DNA of 34,527 nt from IMG/VR virus record IMGVR_UViG_3300035520_000158; one strand, written 5' to 3'. Position numbers and translations under genes: made by a program. The DNA comes from an uncultured virus (IMG/VR IMGVR_UViG_3300035520_000158). Lineage: Duplodnaviria; Heunggongvirae; Uroviricota; Caudoviricetes; Crassvirales. The notes under the pieces were generated by a model. That model saw only the letters and a list, made by a program, of their open reading frames with translations, was not told the origin of the DNA and did not search any database. Below are positions 18,001 to 28,100 of this stretch, piece by piece (the stretch's first letter is position 1; each line of letters opens with the position of its first letter).

Positions 18001-21000
18001 TTTATGAATTTCTTTAGGATCTGTTAATCTATCTAAATGATTAAATATAAGTTGTTCATTAAATCTTTTATAAGCTATTTCTATTCTATTTTTCTTTAAT
18101 TCTTGAGCCTCTATAAAGAAATTAATAGCATCCTCTACATTACCTCCTATACCTTCCATTATCATAGATACTCTTTCATTATCATTAAGTCTTTTTGATA
18201 ATTCAGAAGCATCTGCTATTTTTTGTACTAAGCTAGGATCTTTTTTATTTAATAATTCAATAGCTTTATTAATTTCCTTTATTTGAGCACCTCTGAAATT
18301 CTTTCTATTATAAGGAGCTAACATATAAGCTCTATCTTCAGGATGCATAGCTAGAATTTCTTCTGCTCTTATAATTTCATCTGTGTTTTCAGTAGATTCA
18401 AATTTTTTACCACCTTCAGCTTTTAAAGCTTCTAAATCAGCTTTTTTAGTTTTAAGACTTTCTTCAAGTAGGTTTAATCTAAATTTTAAACTTCCTATAT
18501 GAGTATTAGCTGTAGCTTTAACATCTCTAGCTTCTTCATAGCTTCTTTTACCGGTATATTCACCATTTTCATTAGTTTCAAATTTAGCTCTCTTATAATC
18601 TTTTTTGTGTTTTTCTATTTCTTCTTTTAATGTAGCTATTCTCTCTTCTTGTTTAGCTATTTCTTCTTCTCTTTGAGCTATATCAGCTTCATAAGCTTTT
18701 TTAGTATTAAATCTAGCAGAAGGATTTAATTTTCTGGTAATATTACCTTTTTTATCAAATAATGTACCTCCATTAATTTCTTTTTCTATTTGATCTAATC
18801 TTTCTTTATATGATAAACTCATTAAATTAGATGATACTATAGCATTTTTTAAAGCATCATCATATATTTCCATATTAGCTGATTGTAGCTTTTTAGAGAA
18901 TTTATCATATCTTTTAATTACTTCAATTAAATCATTTACATTTTTACTTATTCTCTCTCTAGCTTCTTCTTCTGTAGATCCATTATTATATCTCATATAT
19001 TCTTGAATATCTCTATTTCTAGCTTCTTCAATATCTTCATTAAAAGCTTCATTAGGAGATATTCTAAATATATTTTGTAAGGTTTTTTTGATAATTGGTA
19101 CATTAGTAACAGAATTACCTGTATTACCCTCCCATCTTTCCATTGCTTCTATAGCATCTTTAACAGCAGGAAGTTGTAAAGCAGCATCACTGGTTTCTGC
19201 TAATCTAGCTAAAGTTAATGCAATATCAATAGCATCAGCAGCTCTTTGGTCTTTAAGTTCCATTATTGATTTTGCACCTTGTGCATCTGAGTGCATATAT
19301 AAAGCAAGCTTTGCAAAGTCTTCTAATTTATCCTTATTATCTTCATAAATCTTATTAATAGTTGCAGCGTGTTTTTCTAGCTGAGCTTCATTATTTAATG
19401 CTTCTACATATCCTCCTGTTATAGGATTACTTATCCAGTTATTTATCTTATCAGCAAAGGTTAGTGTAGTTCTACCTGACATTTGTCTTGCATATTCATT
19501 AGAAGCTCTATTCATTCTAGCATTAACTACTCCCATAGCTATAGATAATGGACTAAAAGGTAATGAGCCTAAACCACCAATTTTAGCATCTCTTAAAGCT
19601 TGGTCACTAGTAGCCATTTCTCTAACAGCACTTGCAGCACTACTTAAATTATATAAACCATCATTAAAAGAATCTAACCATTTATAAGCAGCTATTTCAG
19701 CATCTGGATCATACTGTTTAGTTAAATAATTATCATAATCTCCTAATACCAAGCCTTCTGAAAATGCTGTAGTTAAGTCATCATTATAATTACTTGTGGC
19801 TCCTCCTATTACACCTTTAGATGCTCCCCATAATCTCTTAGCATATTTGAGGGTTTTGCTAGGATCCGCCATTACTTTACCTTCTCTTTGTATTAATCCC
19901 TTTACTCGATTAGTAGCTTTTGGTATAGCTCTCGTAGACCCTTGATACATCCATTTTCTACGATGCCAAGCTAAAGTAGTATTTCTAAGATATTCTATAA
20001 CCCAATCTACAATAAATCCATATAAAGCATCATCTGTTGCTTGCTCTGTAGCACTCTTTCTAGTTTTAAGACCTTTATCATTTAAGGTTATAGGATTACC
20101 TTCTTCATCAGTACCAAAACTTTGCTCTAGTAGAGCATCATTTATAGTACCATCTTCGTTTAAGAATTTACTTCTTATATTGGCATAAACTTCTTGAGTA
20201 GCTTTATATCTAGCGTTTTCTTCACTGGGTATTCTCCATTGATTTAGTTCTTTTCCTATTGTTTGATTATACTTAGTATCTTCATCTAAATATTTTTGAG
20301 TTAATCTATTTATTAGTTCTTGATATTCAGGACTATTTATAATAGTATTATTTATAACATCCGATAAACTTCTATCCAGTGTATTTTCATATCTTTGTAA
20401 TGCTTTTTGAGTAGTTTCTTCATATACACCCATAGCATAAGCTTGTGCAATGCTTACACCTGAAGTAGCTCTTTGCATAAAGTTTACACCTCTTTCAACA
20501 TTTCTAGCAAAAGATAAACCTCTACCTAAACCTATTCCAGTAGCTTCTACAGCTTTTCCTGCACTTTTTAATAATAGAGCCTTTGTAATTTCTGAAGCTA
20601 TAAAACCACTCATTTTCTGTCCTTCAAGATATGTGTGCCAAATTCCATTTTCATCTTCTTCTCTAAATACTAAAGAAGCGTCTGATAATCCACCATTTTC
20701 AATAGCTTTTTGCTGAGCATCTCTTGTCCATAAATTATAATTAGATACATTATCCCAATATTTAGGACTAATTAAAAATCCAACATCGTCTGAATAATGA
20801 GATTTACCTTCTAAAGCAGCTTTAAGACCCTGTTTACCATCTTTTACAGCAATAGCTAATTCTACAACAGGTAATACTGTATTAACCATATCTGATACAT
20901 AAGTAGTAGTCCACATTTTACTACCTATCAAATATTGATCCCATTTAGACTGATTATCTGCTACAAAATTTCGCATATCATTATCCAAGGATCTAATAGC

Positions 21001-21798
21001 TAAGTAACTATTACCTGTACTACTAGCTATTGCTTGTGCATTACTAAGAGCTTCTATCTTATCTTCTGTTGTAAAATTTTTAAATGTATCATCTTTAAAA
21101 GCATTATAATAATTTGAGTTCTGTGCCCATGCTTCAAAAGCTTCATTTATATCATCTATACTTATTTTATTATCACCAAAAGCTTCTAACATATTTTCTT
21201 TATAAGACTTAGCTAATGGCGCAACATTTGCTTTTTGTTTTTTAGCTTCGCTATTTACAGCATCATCTAATAATTTATTTCTTTTTTCCTCTAAGCCTCT
21301 CTTCCTATCATCTTCTAAATCTGTTGAATAAAGAATACTACTTAAACCACCTTCTGCGGCTGCCATAGCACCAAAAGGATTTTTAGAAGGTGATAATTCA
21401 TCTATACTAGCTAATCTTTCTTTTTTAACACTTTCATATTCCTCTTGAATCTGTTGATCACTTTTAAAATCATCGTTTTCTAGAAGCTTTTGTAAATTAT
21501 CATCTGATAGTAAAGATAATTGATTATATATATCTTGATTATCTCCAAATCTTTCTCTTTTAACTTGATCTAATATAATAGCTCTATGGTATGCATCTCT
21601 TTGATCTTTATCTAAAGAATTAAATAAATCCATACCATAGTTTTTTATAAATTGCTGATTTCTATATAATCTATCTATATCTTCTTTAGAGTAATCATAT
21701 CTTATTTTACCTGCTTCATCTTGAGCCTTATACCATTTATCATAATCTTTATTAGATAAATCATACACTCCTCTTAGACCTTGTATTCTATTTCCCAT
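15004..21798 (-). CDS. Giant virion cargo/ejection protein (2264 aa)
   Basis: Long ORF downstream of muzzle and small cargo genes (synteny with crAss001 gp47-like position); hydrophobic/Gly-rich N-terminal segments, long coiled coils, E/K-rich helix and acidic linker, then globular C-terminal region. Confidence 0.65.
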   Translation of the reverse strand: MGNRIQGLRGVYDLSNKDYDKWYKAQDEAGKIRYDYSKEDIDRLYRNQQFIKNYGMDLFNSLDKDQRDAYHRAIILDQVKRERFGDNQDIYNQLSLLSDDNLQKLLENDDFKSDQQIQEEYESVKKERLASIDELSPSKNPFGAMAAAEGGLSSILYSTDLEDDRKRGLEEKRNKLLDDAVNSEAKKQKANVAPLAKSYKENMLEAFGDNKISIDDINEAFEAWAQNSNYYNAFKDDTFKNFTTEDKIEALSNAQAIASSTGNSYLAIRSLDNDMRNFVADNQSKWDQYLIGSKMWTTTYVSDMVNTVLPVVELAIAVKDGKQGLKAALEGKSHYSDDVGFLISPKYWDNVSNYNLWTRDAQQKAIENGGLSDASLVFREEDENGIWHTYLEGQKMSGFIASEITKALLLKSAGKAVEATGIGLGRGLSFARNVERGVNFMQRATSGVSIAQAYAMGVYEETTQKALQRYENTLDRSLSDVINNTIINSPEYQELINRLTQKYLDEDTKYNQTIGKELNQWRIPSEENARYKATQEVYANIRSKFLNEDGTINDALLEQSFGTDEEGNPITLNDKGLKTRKSATEQATDDALYGFIVDWVIEYLRNTTLAWHRRKWMYQGSTRAIPKATNRVKGLIQREGKVMADPSKTLKYAKRLWGASKGVIGGATSNYNDDLTTAFSEGLVLGDYDNYLTKQYDPDAEIAAYKWLDSFNDGLYNLSSAASAVREMATSDQALRDAKIGGLGSLPFSPLSIAMGVVNARMNRASNEYARQMSGRTTLTFADKINNWISNPITGGYVEALNNEAQLEKHAATINKIYEDNKDKLEDFAKLALYMHSDAQGAKSIMELKDQRAADAIDIALTLARLAETSDAALQLPAVKDAIEAMERWEGNTGNSVTNVPIIKKTLQNIFRISPNEAFNEDIEEARNRDIQEYMRYNNGSTEEEARERISKNVNDLIEVIKRYDKFSKKLQSANMEIYDDALKNAIVSSNLMSLSYKERLDQIEKEINGGTLFDKKGNITRKLNPSARFNTKKAYEADIAQREEEIAKQEERIATLKEEIEKHKKDYKRAKFETNENGEYTGKRSYEEARDVKATANTHIGSLKFRLNLLEESLKTKKADLEALKAEGGKKFESTENTDEIIRAEEILAMHPEDRAYMLAPYNRKNFRGAQIKEINKAIELLNKKDPSLVQKIADASELSKRLNDNERVSMIMEGIGGNVEDAINFFIEAQELKKNRIEIAYKRFNEQLIFNHLDRLTDPKEIHKTAHLFNVDRIMDYYSSMDFSDSRRLDFLEAISLGTTISNLSWAIEGITSDVNLQKYYKQIFRGVISNAENSQELYSAIEDALDREDLTTTERNLLEEILERAKAFGFVRDQSRIDRRRGLELKRQREAEKQKREEEKKKQEEVAKQEKERIEKEAKAKEEEEKRKQEEAQKQAQLNNPQPDNDQDKDTSLDNVEKGEEGNKESLENPIPDNKPEELEEPKADNTPDVEAGQQGDLSQLNYDPVSDSYYLDSSEAAEFDEGDKDKESKEVKDVTPDVSSTNSIEFQNENVESEPTILPGNKYQPYDFEAAKSHKQVASPQNEGSQFKDIIEYLNSKGVKLQDIIDNELYEILQVSPKIYFGGPKVNTQKKSIFDALYLYVEVTPEVKAIHNKEYGGIFESNGKEYLIIGVSGFQLQNKAQGDYYRKVLYDNEVARHTYFQSHPTSTDEIFVDTSRYTELDHFYPGYLMRQLLGDDAVTIKNMSELANGEVSERNPLGLSLGQLSWLIQTRDGYKLVGNATGIYSPLDSLSNVGNTFALIKTANGHYAPAYIIPARLSEIKDGELKDTINKLLIECTSPEFSDRVVAIKQLIKLLYLDRKGINISIGKEDKNVLYLTNNETVVARFTPGVDSAQSFIDAVNYINPRINLTPSTLSDPETLRIFSEAGALNTDLAKLGSSSSQYTILPMKDGVPDRTKAYQEQRSPIGARANEEIAKNKEENSVVFKGITYRKNDNGVWRDASHNVVTDIDTIRTLNYAVTVKDRVPEIKNDRKKAEWHILKMDANDPIVAFKTSTSNVTILSKEDAKKVIDAYVQNKLNEERNKRAQAELEAMKKQEESQNPTNENKETEKDEDIVAEDTLTNEELERQALGDFVPAAPQAPVIIQPTVATEAQGIPTPDKTELKPVPEKEAPSSDMNTLGGKTNAELHEKDESKGISVVKAARSIDGFLQKLDKILLDKWGFTPKTKKISERVQFLQSKGRVTDNIVNMEKWLEELKDC

Positions 21799-21809
21799 AT
21801 TATTACTAA

Positions 21810-23144
21810 TTAAAATTTATTTGAATAATCTGTGGATCCTGAGCCTTCTGTTTGTATTTTTACATCAGCTGGATCTACAATAAGTTCTATATCATCAAGG
21901 TCTGGATCATTATCCTCGTCTTTACTAAATCTCTTAGAACTTACATAATAATTATGTAAATCTATATTACCATACTCTCTGTTAATAGATCCTTTAATAG
22001 CATCTTGCATACCAGCAGGTAATTCTGAATATTTTACTATTGCAAAACCTTCTGAAGCCTCTTTTATATCATCATCTGAATATATTTTAAAAGAATCACC
22101 AGAACCCCATCCCGATGGATTATACCAAGGTTTATCATCTGCTTGTCTCCAAACTGTATTACCATTATCATCCTTACTACTTGTAAATCTAATTTTCATA
22201 GGATGTTTTATTTGTTTTGATCTAACATTATTTGAACCAGAACCTCCAGAACCACCTGCTTCAGCTTTTGCTTGGTATAAAGAAGCTTGAGCTTTAGCTA
22301 AGTCTTTTTTAGCTTTAACTAATTCAGGATCATTTTCATTATTTAAACTTGTAAGCTGAGCTGCTTTTATACGATGTCCTAATATAGTATCAGTTTCATA
22401 AGCATTAGTTAATCCTGTAGCTGCTCCTGTAAGAATATATTTCATAGCTCTTTGTCCTTCACTGCTATTAGGATTTATATCATATTGAGATAATTGACTA
22501 GCTAATGCACTATATAATTCAGGTTGTGTACTAGGATCATTTATAAAATCTTTAATTTCCTGTTCTGTATATCCTGTAATCTCTGCCTGTAAACCACTAG
22601 CTGTTGTTCCCATTTGTCTTCTAGAAGCTGAACTCTGAGCAGCCATTTTAAGAGAATTAGTATATAATGTATTACCATTTATAGTATTATAAGATAAATT
22701 AGGATTATCTAATATATCTTGTACAGAAGTATCTCCATTAAATTTCCTAGTAAATATTAAATCAGGATTATTAGCTTGTAATGCTCTAACTTCTTTAGCT
22801 CTTTCATCAAGAGTTTTAATAGCATCTTCCATAGGTTTAATAGCTCCTGAATACCCCTGTTTAGCTCTATTAAATAATGCTCTAGTATTATAGTCTAAAC
22901 CATTTTTATCTAAGCTATCTACTGCTGTTCCTAAATCATTCATGTAACTATTATAAACCATTGCCCAAGGAGAATCAGGTTCAGCTTCTGCTCTAGCTCT
23001 AAGTACATCTGCTTGTGTTTGTAATTCAGCATAAGCATCTTCATATTTATCATGAAGCTCTTGTTGTTGCTGCAATGGCTTAATAATTTCATCATAAGTC
23101 ATTGGCTTAAACTGAGCTGTTGTTACTAAATTATAATTTGCCAT
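21810..23144 (-). CDS. Virion cargo protein (444 aa)
   Basis: Helical N-terminus (FKPMTYDEIIKPL...), GGSGGSGS linker, small C-terminal domain; position directly after cargo protein 1. Confidence 0.6.
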   Translation of the reverse strand: MANYNLVTTAQFKPMTYDEIIKPLQQQQELHDKYEDAYAELQTQADVLRARAEAEPDSPWAMVYNSYMNDLGTAVDSLDKNGLDYNTRALFNRAKQGYSGAIKPMEDAIKTLDERAKEVRALQANNPDLIFTRKFNGDTSVQDILDNPNLSYNTINGNTLYTNSLKMAAQSSASRRQMGTTASGLQAEITGYTEQEIKDFINDPSTQPELYSALASQLSQYDINPNSSEGQRAMKYILTGAATGLTNAYETDTILGHRIKAAQLTSLNNENDPELVKAKKDLAKAQASLYQAKAEAGGSGGSGSNNVRSKQIKHPMKIRFTSSKDDNGNTVWRQADDKPWYNPSGWGSGDSFKIYSDDDIKEASEGFAIVKYSELPAGMQDAIKGSINREYGNIDLHNYYVSSKRFSKDEDNDPDLDDIELIVDPADVKIQTEGSGSTDYSNKF

Positions 23145-23156
23145 AATTATTTACTA

Positions 23157-25052
23157 TTATTCTGTTTTAGATGTTCTTAAAGATTTATGTAAACTATCTC
23201 GAAACATTTGTGTAAAATTTATATCACCATTACTTTTAGTAGGTGCTCCCCACCAATTTGACCATCCATTTAAATCAGCTTTAAATCCAAGAGCCTTATT
23301 AGAATTAACCATATTATATGCTAAATTCTCACTACCAACATTACCTAAGTTAGTAAGTAAACTATTCATATTAGCACTTCTACCTGCTGATGCAGCTGCA
23401 TCTATTGAATTTCTCATATTAGCAGCATTTTGTGCAGCAGTTAATATAGATTGTCCTCTTTGTATATTAGCTTGCTGAGCATTAGCTGATTGCGTAGCAT
23501 TAAATTGATTTACACCTCTATTAAATTCAAGTTGTTTAGCTCTTTGATTTTGATTATATTCTTGAGCACTTCTCATTAAATCTCCTAATTGAGTATTAGC
23601 ATTATAATCAGCAGCTAATAAAGCAGCATTTCTATTAGGTGAAAAACTATCTCTTAAACTTCTTCTTGTTGCAGATGCTTGAGATGCTAATTTATTTGTA
23701 CTCCAATTAGTGTCCATAGGACTATAACTCATATAATCTCCTAAAGGAGCATAGGTAGCAGATGGAATACTATATGCAGCATTCATTATTAAATCTGCAT
23801 TAGTATAATCAGGAGTATTAGTTATACCAAAAGCATCTGTAATTACATTAGCAGCATTACCTACTATAGGAGCATATCTTAAAGCTGTACTATATTTCTT
23901 TGGTCCACCATCTGCAAACATTTGAGGTTCACCTTGTTGTTCTTCAGGCATTTGTTCACCTTGTTGCTGCATCATTTGTTCTTGTAATTCCTGTATTAAT
24001 TCAGGATGTTTTTTAGCAACTTTTTGAAATTCTTTAGCTCTTCTAGCTCTATTTTTCTCAGCTTCTATTTGTCTAATTTGTTCTTGAGCTTGGGCTAATT
24101 CTCCATAACTTGCATCTAAGTAATTCTTTGATATTGGATCATTAGGTCTTTCCTCTGATTCTTTTTGAACTTTTTTAGCTACTTCTGCAAATGTACTTCC
24201 TTTCTTAGCTTTATATTTTTCTTGTAAACTTTCAGGAGCCGTAATTCTATTACTGAATACATAGTCATTATATATTACTTCTCCCTCTTCTACAAGATTA
24301 GGATTACCTTTAAAATCAATACCCATTTGAACTCCTTGATTAGGATTCATTTCATGAGTAGAACCTTCATTAACTTGTATTACACCATTACTAAAATTAG
24401 TTTCCATTTTACCACCTTTAGCATAAGAGTTTGAGCTAACTAAAGATTTACCTTTATTAGCTGCATTCATGTAACCATTATTTAAGAATGAAGATGCTAA
24501 TTCAAAGCTTATAGCATCACCTCCTAATGGACCACCAAATGCTGCTGAATTTGCTAATTTATTTAAATCATTCATTGTATCTACTGTATTAGTTTTAGCA
24601 GTTAAAGTACCTTGAGCTATTGAATTAGCTGCATCTATTTGTTTATTTAATTTTCTAGCAGTTCTTCTAGCTTTAGCATTACCTCCTATAATACCACCAA
24701 TACCTGCTGTTAAACCTACAGCTGCACCAATTAAAGCTCCCCAACCTCCACCTACAGAAGCTCCTGCTGATGCTCCTGAAGCAGTAGAATTAATGGTGTT
24801 ACCAATTCTTTGAGAATCACCTAATCTTACTTGCCTTGCAGTAACATGAGATAAAGGATTATAAGATTGCCAAGACTGCATTAAATCATCATTAGTAGAT
24901 ACAGAAGGGTTTAAAGTCTTTTGAGCATTTATCTGATCCTTTATACCTGTAGTATCTTTAGTAGCAGTATTGGCTAATGCACTTTGTACCATAGAAGCAG
25001 TACCACTTACTGCTCCTCCTATCATAGAACCGTAGTCTTTATTACTAGCCAT
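23157..25052 (-). CDS. Cargo protein 1-like ejection protein with glycine-zipper transmembrane helix (631 aa)
   Basis: GASAGASVGGGWGALIGAAVGLTAGIGGIIGG (~24681-24777), THEMNPNQGV and NLVEEGEVI blocks, Q/N/A-rich helices; immediately downstream of muzzle like crAss001 gp45. Confidence 0.75.
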   Translation of the reverse strand: MASNKDYGSMIGGAVSGTASMVQSALANTATKDTTGIKDQINAQKTLNPSVSTNDDLMQSWQSYNPLSHVTARQVRLGDSQRIGNTINSTASGASAGASVGGGWGALIGAAVGLTAGIGGIIGGNAKARRTARKLNKQIDAANSIAQGTLTAKTNTVDTMNDLNKLANSAAFGGPLGGDAISFELASSFLNNGYMNAANKGKSLVSSNSYAKGGKMETNFSNGVIQVNEGSTHEMNPNQGVQMGIDFKGNPNLVEEGEVIYNDYVFSNRITAPESLQEKYKAKKGSTFAEVAKKVQKESEERPNDPISKNYLDASYGELAQAQEQIRQIEAEKNRARRAKEFQKVAKKHPELIQELQEQMMQQQGEQMPEEQQGEPQMFADGGPKKYSTALRYAPIVGNAANVITDAFGITNTPDYTNADLIMNAAYSIPSATYAPLGDYMSYSPMDTNWSTNKLASQASATRRSLRDSFSPNRNAALLAADYNANTQLGDLMRSAQEYNQNQRAKQLEFNRGVNQFNATQSANAQQANIQRGQSILTAAQNAANMRNSIDAAASAGRSANMNSLLTNLGNVGSENLAYNMVNSNKALGFKADLNGWSNWWGAPTKSNGDINFTQMFRDSLHKSLRTSKTE

Positions 25053-25082
25053 AATTATTTTTATTAGAATTTATAATATACA

Positions 25083-25113
25083 CAAATATATAAAATAATT
25101 TATTAAATAACAA
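25083..25113 (-). promoter_or_regulatory. Bacteroidota sigma-A-type promoter for the cargo operon
   Basis: On -: TTG (25113-25111), 20-nt spacer, TATATTTG (25090-25083) matching the TAnnTTTG -7 element, 30 nt upstream of the ATG at 25052. Confidence 0.7.
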
Positions 25114-25134
25114 TATTTTAATTTAAAAAATATA

Positions 25135-25163
25135 GGCTGATAAGTAAAAACTACTTACCAGCC
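25135..25163 (-). terminator. Intrinsic terminator after muzzle gene
   Basis: On -: GGCTGGTAAGTA / GTTTT / TACTTATCAGCC (12 bp incl. one G-U) followed by TATATTTTTT, 5 nt after the stop codon. Confidence 0.85.
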
Positions 25164-25168
25164 ATATA

Positions 25169-28100
25169 TTATTGATAGTATTGAACTAATAAATCATGTA
25201 ATATAGTCTTATCCTTATTAGGAGTTATCTTACTAAGTTTAAGATATAACCAAGGATTTCTCATTCTATCTTTACCATTAGCTTCATCTCTTGGAATATT
25301 AACTCTCCATGTTCTAAATTTTTGTTTTAAATTAGATGGTTTATATCTATTAAAACTTAAATCTTCAATAGCGTGTTGATATTCATTCCATACTTCTAAT
25401 TGATCAAATGTAGTATTTAACAACTTATTATTAGTATCAAATGTATCTGCTCTAAATTCTAAAGTGTTAAATACCTTATCTTCATTTATATCAGGATTAA
25501 CTATTACTTCAGTATAAAATGGTTTATAATGAGTAGCATCATTTCCAAAGAAATAATTATAATCACCTTCATTATGTATCCATAATTTATTATTTTTAAT
25601 CCATAAAGCTATATCATCTACATCACAGAAATAAGGAGTATTTTCATAGCTATAGAATGATGAAAATTGTTTTAATGTTTCAGAGAAAGCTAAGCAATAA
25701 TCTTTACTTATAAAGAATACATCATCATTTACTTTATCATAATAAGATACAAATCCTTTGAAGTTCTTAGGATCCCATATAGCTTTTTCTACATTAGCAT
25801 TTATCCAAGAATGAAAACCTAAAGAATCTGATACATTCTCTAATTGACCAGAGAATAAATATAAATCTTTAGATATATCATCTATGAAATATAGACCCAT
25901 AGGAGTTTTACATAAAGACCATTTATTATGACATCCTACAGTGTTAGATAAGTATCTCTTACCTTGAACTTTACCACTATTAGCTATTTCAATAGGTACT
26001 CCATTTTCAGTAGCTAATTGTACAGTTTCATTATAAAGTATTTGACTTATACCTGTATCTTGGAAAGCTATTAAATCATTATTAAGTCTTCTTAATGCTC
26101 TAAGTTCTCCTTTATCTCCATCTAATTCCAATGCTGATGCAGTAGTTATAGCTGCCCAAGTATCAGTTTGATTACCAGAGGATTTAGCTAGTGACCATAT
26201 TAAAGTATTATGGAATTTAGTAGGATTAATCTCATGAGCATTTAAAGTATAATAAGAATAGTAGTTATTATCCTGAGAATATACTGTATTTAATTTATTA
26301 GCATTTGTAGGAGTAGTTGTAAAATTACTAGTTAATCCTCTATTAGTATCATATCTTCCATCAAGATTAACCTTAGTTTCACACATGAATGATAATATTT
26401 CTGTAACAGAATTTAATTGCTCTAAATTACTTGGATATGTTTTTATATGGTCATATCTTTGATAATAAGTATCTCCTTCTGTCCACCTTATAGAAATATC
26501 TCCACCTTCTTCTCCTTTACCAATATCTTCTATATTTATAGATTCTCCACCAATATACCATTTATTATTAACAATAGCTTCTTCTGAAGTTCCACCAAAT
26601 ATAGTTTCTTTATCTACATCTCTGTATAATTCTCCTAACCATAAGAACCCATAACCAAAAGTTCTCTTTGTTTTACTATATAAATCTACAGGTAATGTTA
26701 ATACATCTTGATAATATTCTGAACCTGCTATGTTTACACCTGTAGTTTTTATACTACCATCTTCTTCATAATCATAGAATGTGGGTAATATAGTCTGTTT
26801 ATCATTTGTATTATTTAAAACTATTACTGCATGAGTAGAAGATTTATATTGTAGTCTTACAGGTTGAGAAGATTCATTACTCTGATAGGTATCTGTTAAA
26901 AATGTAGGTTTACCTGCTACTTCTCTATCTATATCATACCCGATATTAGCAATATAACTACCTGCATGACTTACTGATTCATTATAGTATATTTTAGCAC
27001 CTAAAGAAGTAACTGTTAAAAAGAATTCTCTATCTGATATAGGACATATTCTATCTACATCTCCATAATAAATAATTTGATCTTCATTTTCATTAGGATT
27101 AGTAAGTCTTAAAACTTGTTGTGCATCATTACCCCAATATTTTACATCAGCTATTCCATTAGGAAAAGTATAAGAATTATCTTCTCCTGTAAAGTATATA
27201 GAAGAATATGAGAATCTTAAATTAGATAATCTATTATATTGTAATATAGAAAACTCAGTATTAACTGTAGAACCTGTACCTGCTTTATAATTCATTAAAG
27301 ATCCTGATTTTTGCCAAGGATATACAACATAATTAGCAGATGTTGCAGTATAATCTTCACTTTTAGCACCCTCTAAGAATATACCATCTTGCCAAAAACC
27401 TCCTGTAATAATAGACCTGTAACCCCAAGGAGATATATTTTGTATAGTATTTCTACCATATTTTTGAAAACCTCTTGTAGTATTAGAAGATGTAGTATCA
27501 TCAGCATATTTAGGAACTACAGAAGATGATGCTGTAATCTCTTTATCGAAGATGTTACCTGTAAGAGGAATTACACCTATTATTCTTAATTTAGCATGAG
27601 TTAAATCAAGAGTACCTATAGAATCTTCAAACTCTAAATCAGGTGAATGCAAAGTTACTATAGATTGATCTACAAAATGTACATTTTTATATTTACCACT
27701 AGAAGTAGTATAATAACTATCATGTAAATAATTTTGTATTTCACAATTATACTCAGTATTACCTGGAAGTTTTTTATTATGTCTAAATTCTATCCATTCT
27801 CCTTTAGGAAAGAAATTAAAGAATTGGTCAAAAGATTGATTCTCTTCACTTATAGAAGTATCATTAACAATATTATCATCATTATCTTCTACAGTATAAT
27901 CATTACCCTTTTCATCTCTTACATTAATAAGCTTATAAATACCATTAGTTACAAAACCTTTTCTACTTTCATATCCTAATACATAAGGGTCATTTATGGT
28001 ACTAAATGAAGTAGAATCTATATCATAAGGAGCATTAGGTCTAAAGAACCATGAAGATTGTACATAAGGAGAATTATCTTCTCTATCAGGATTAAAATAA

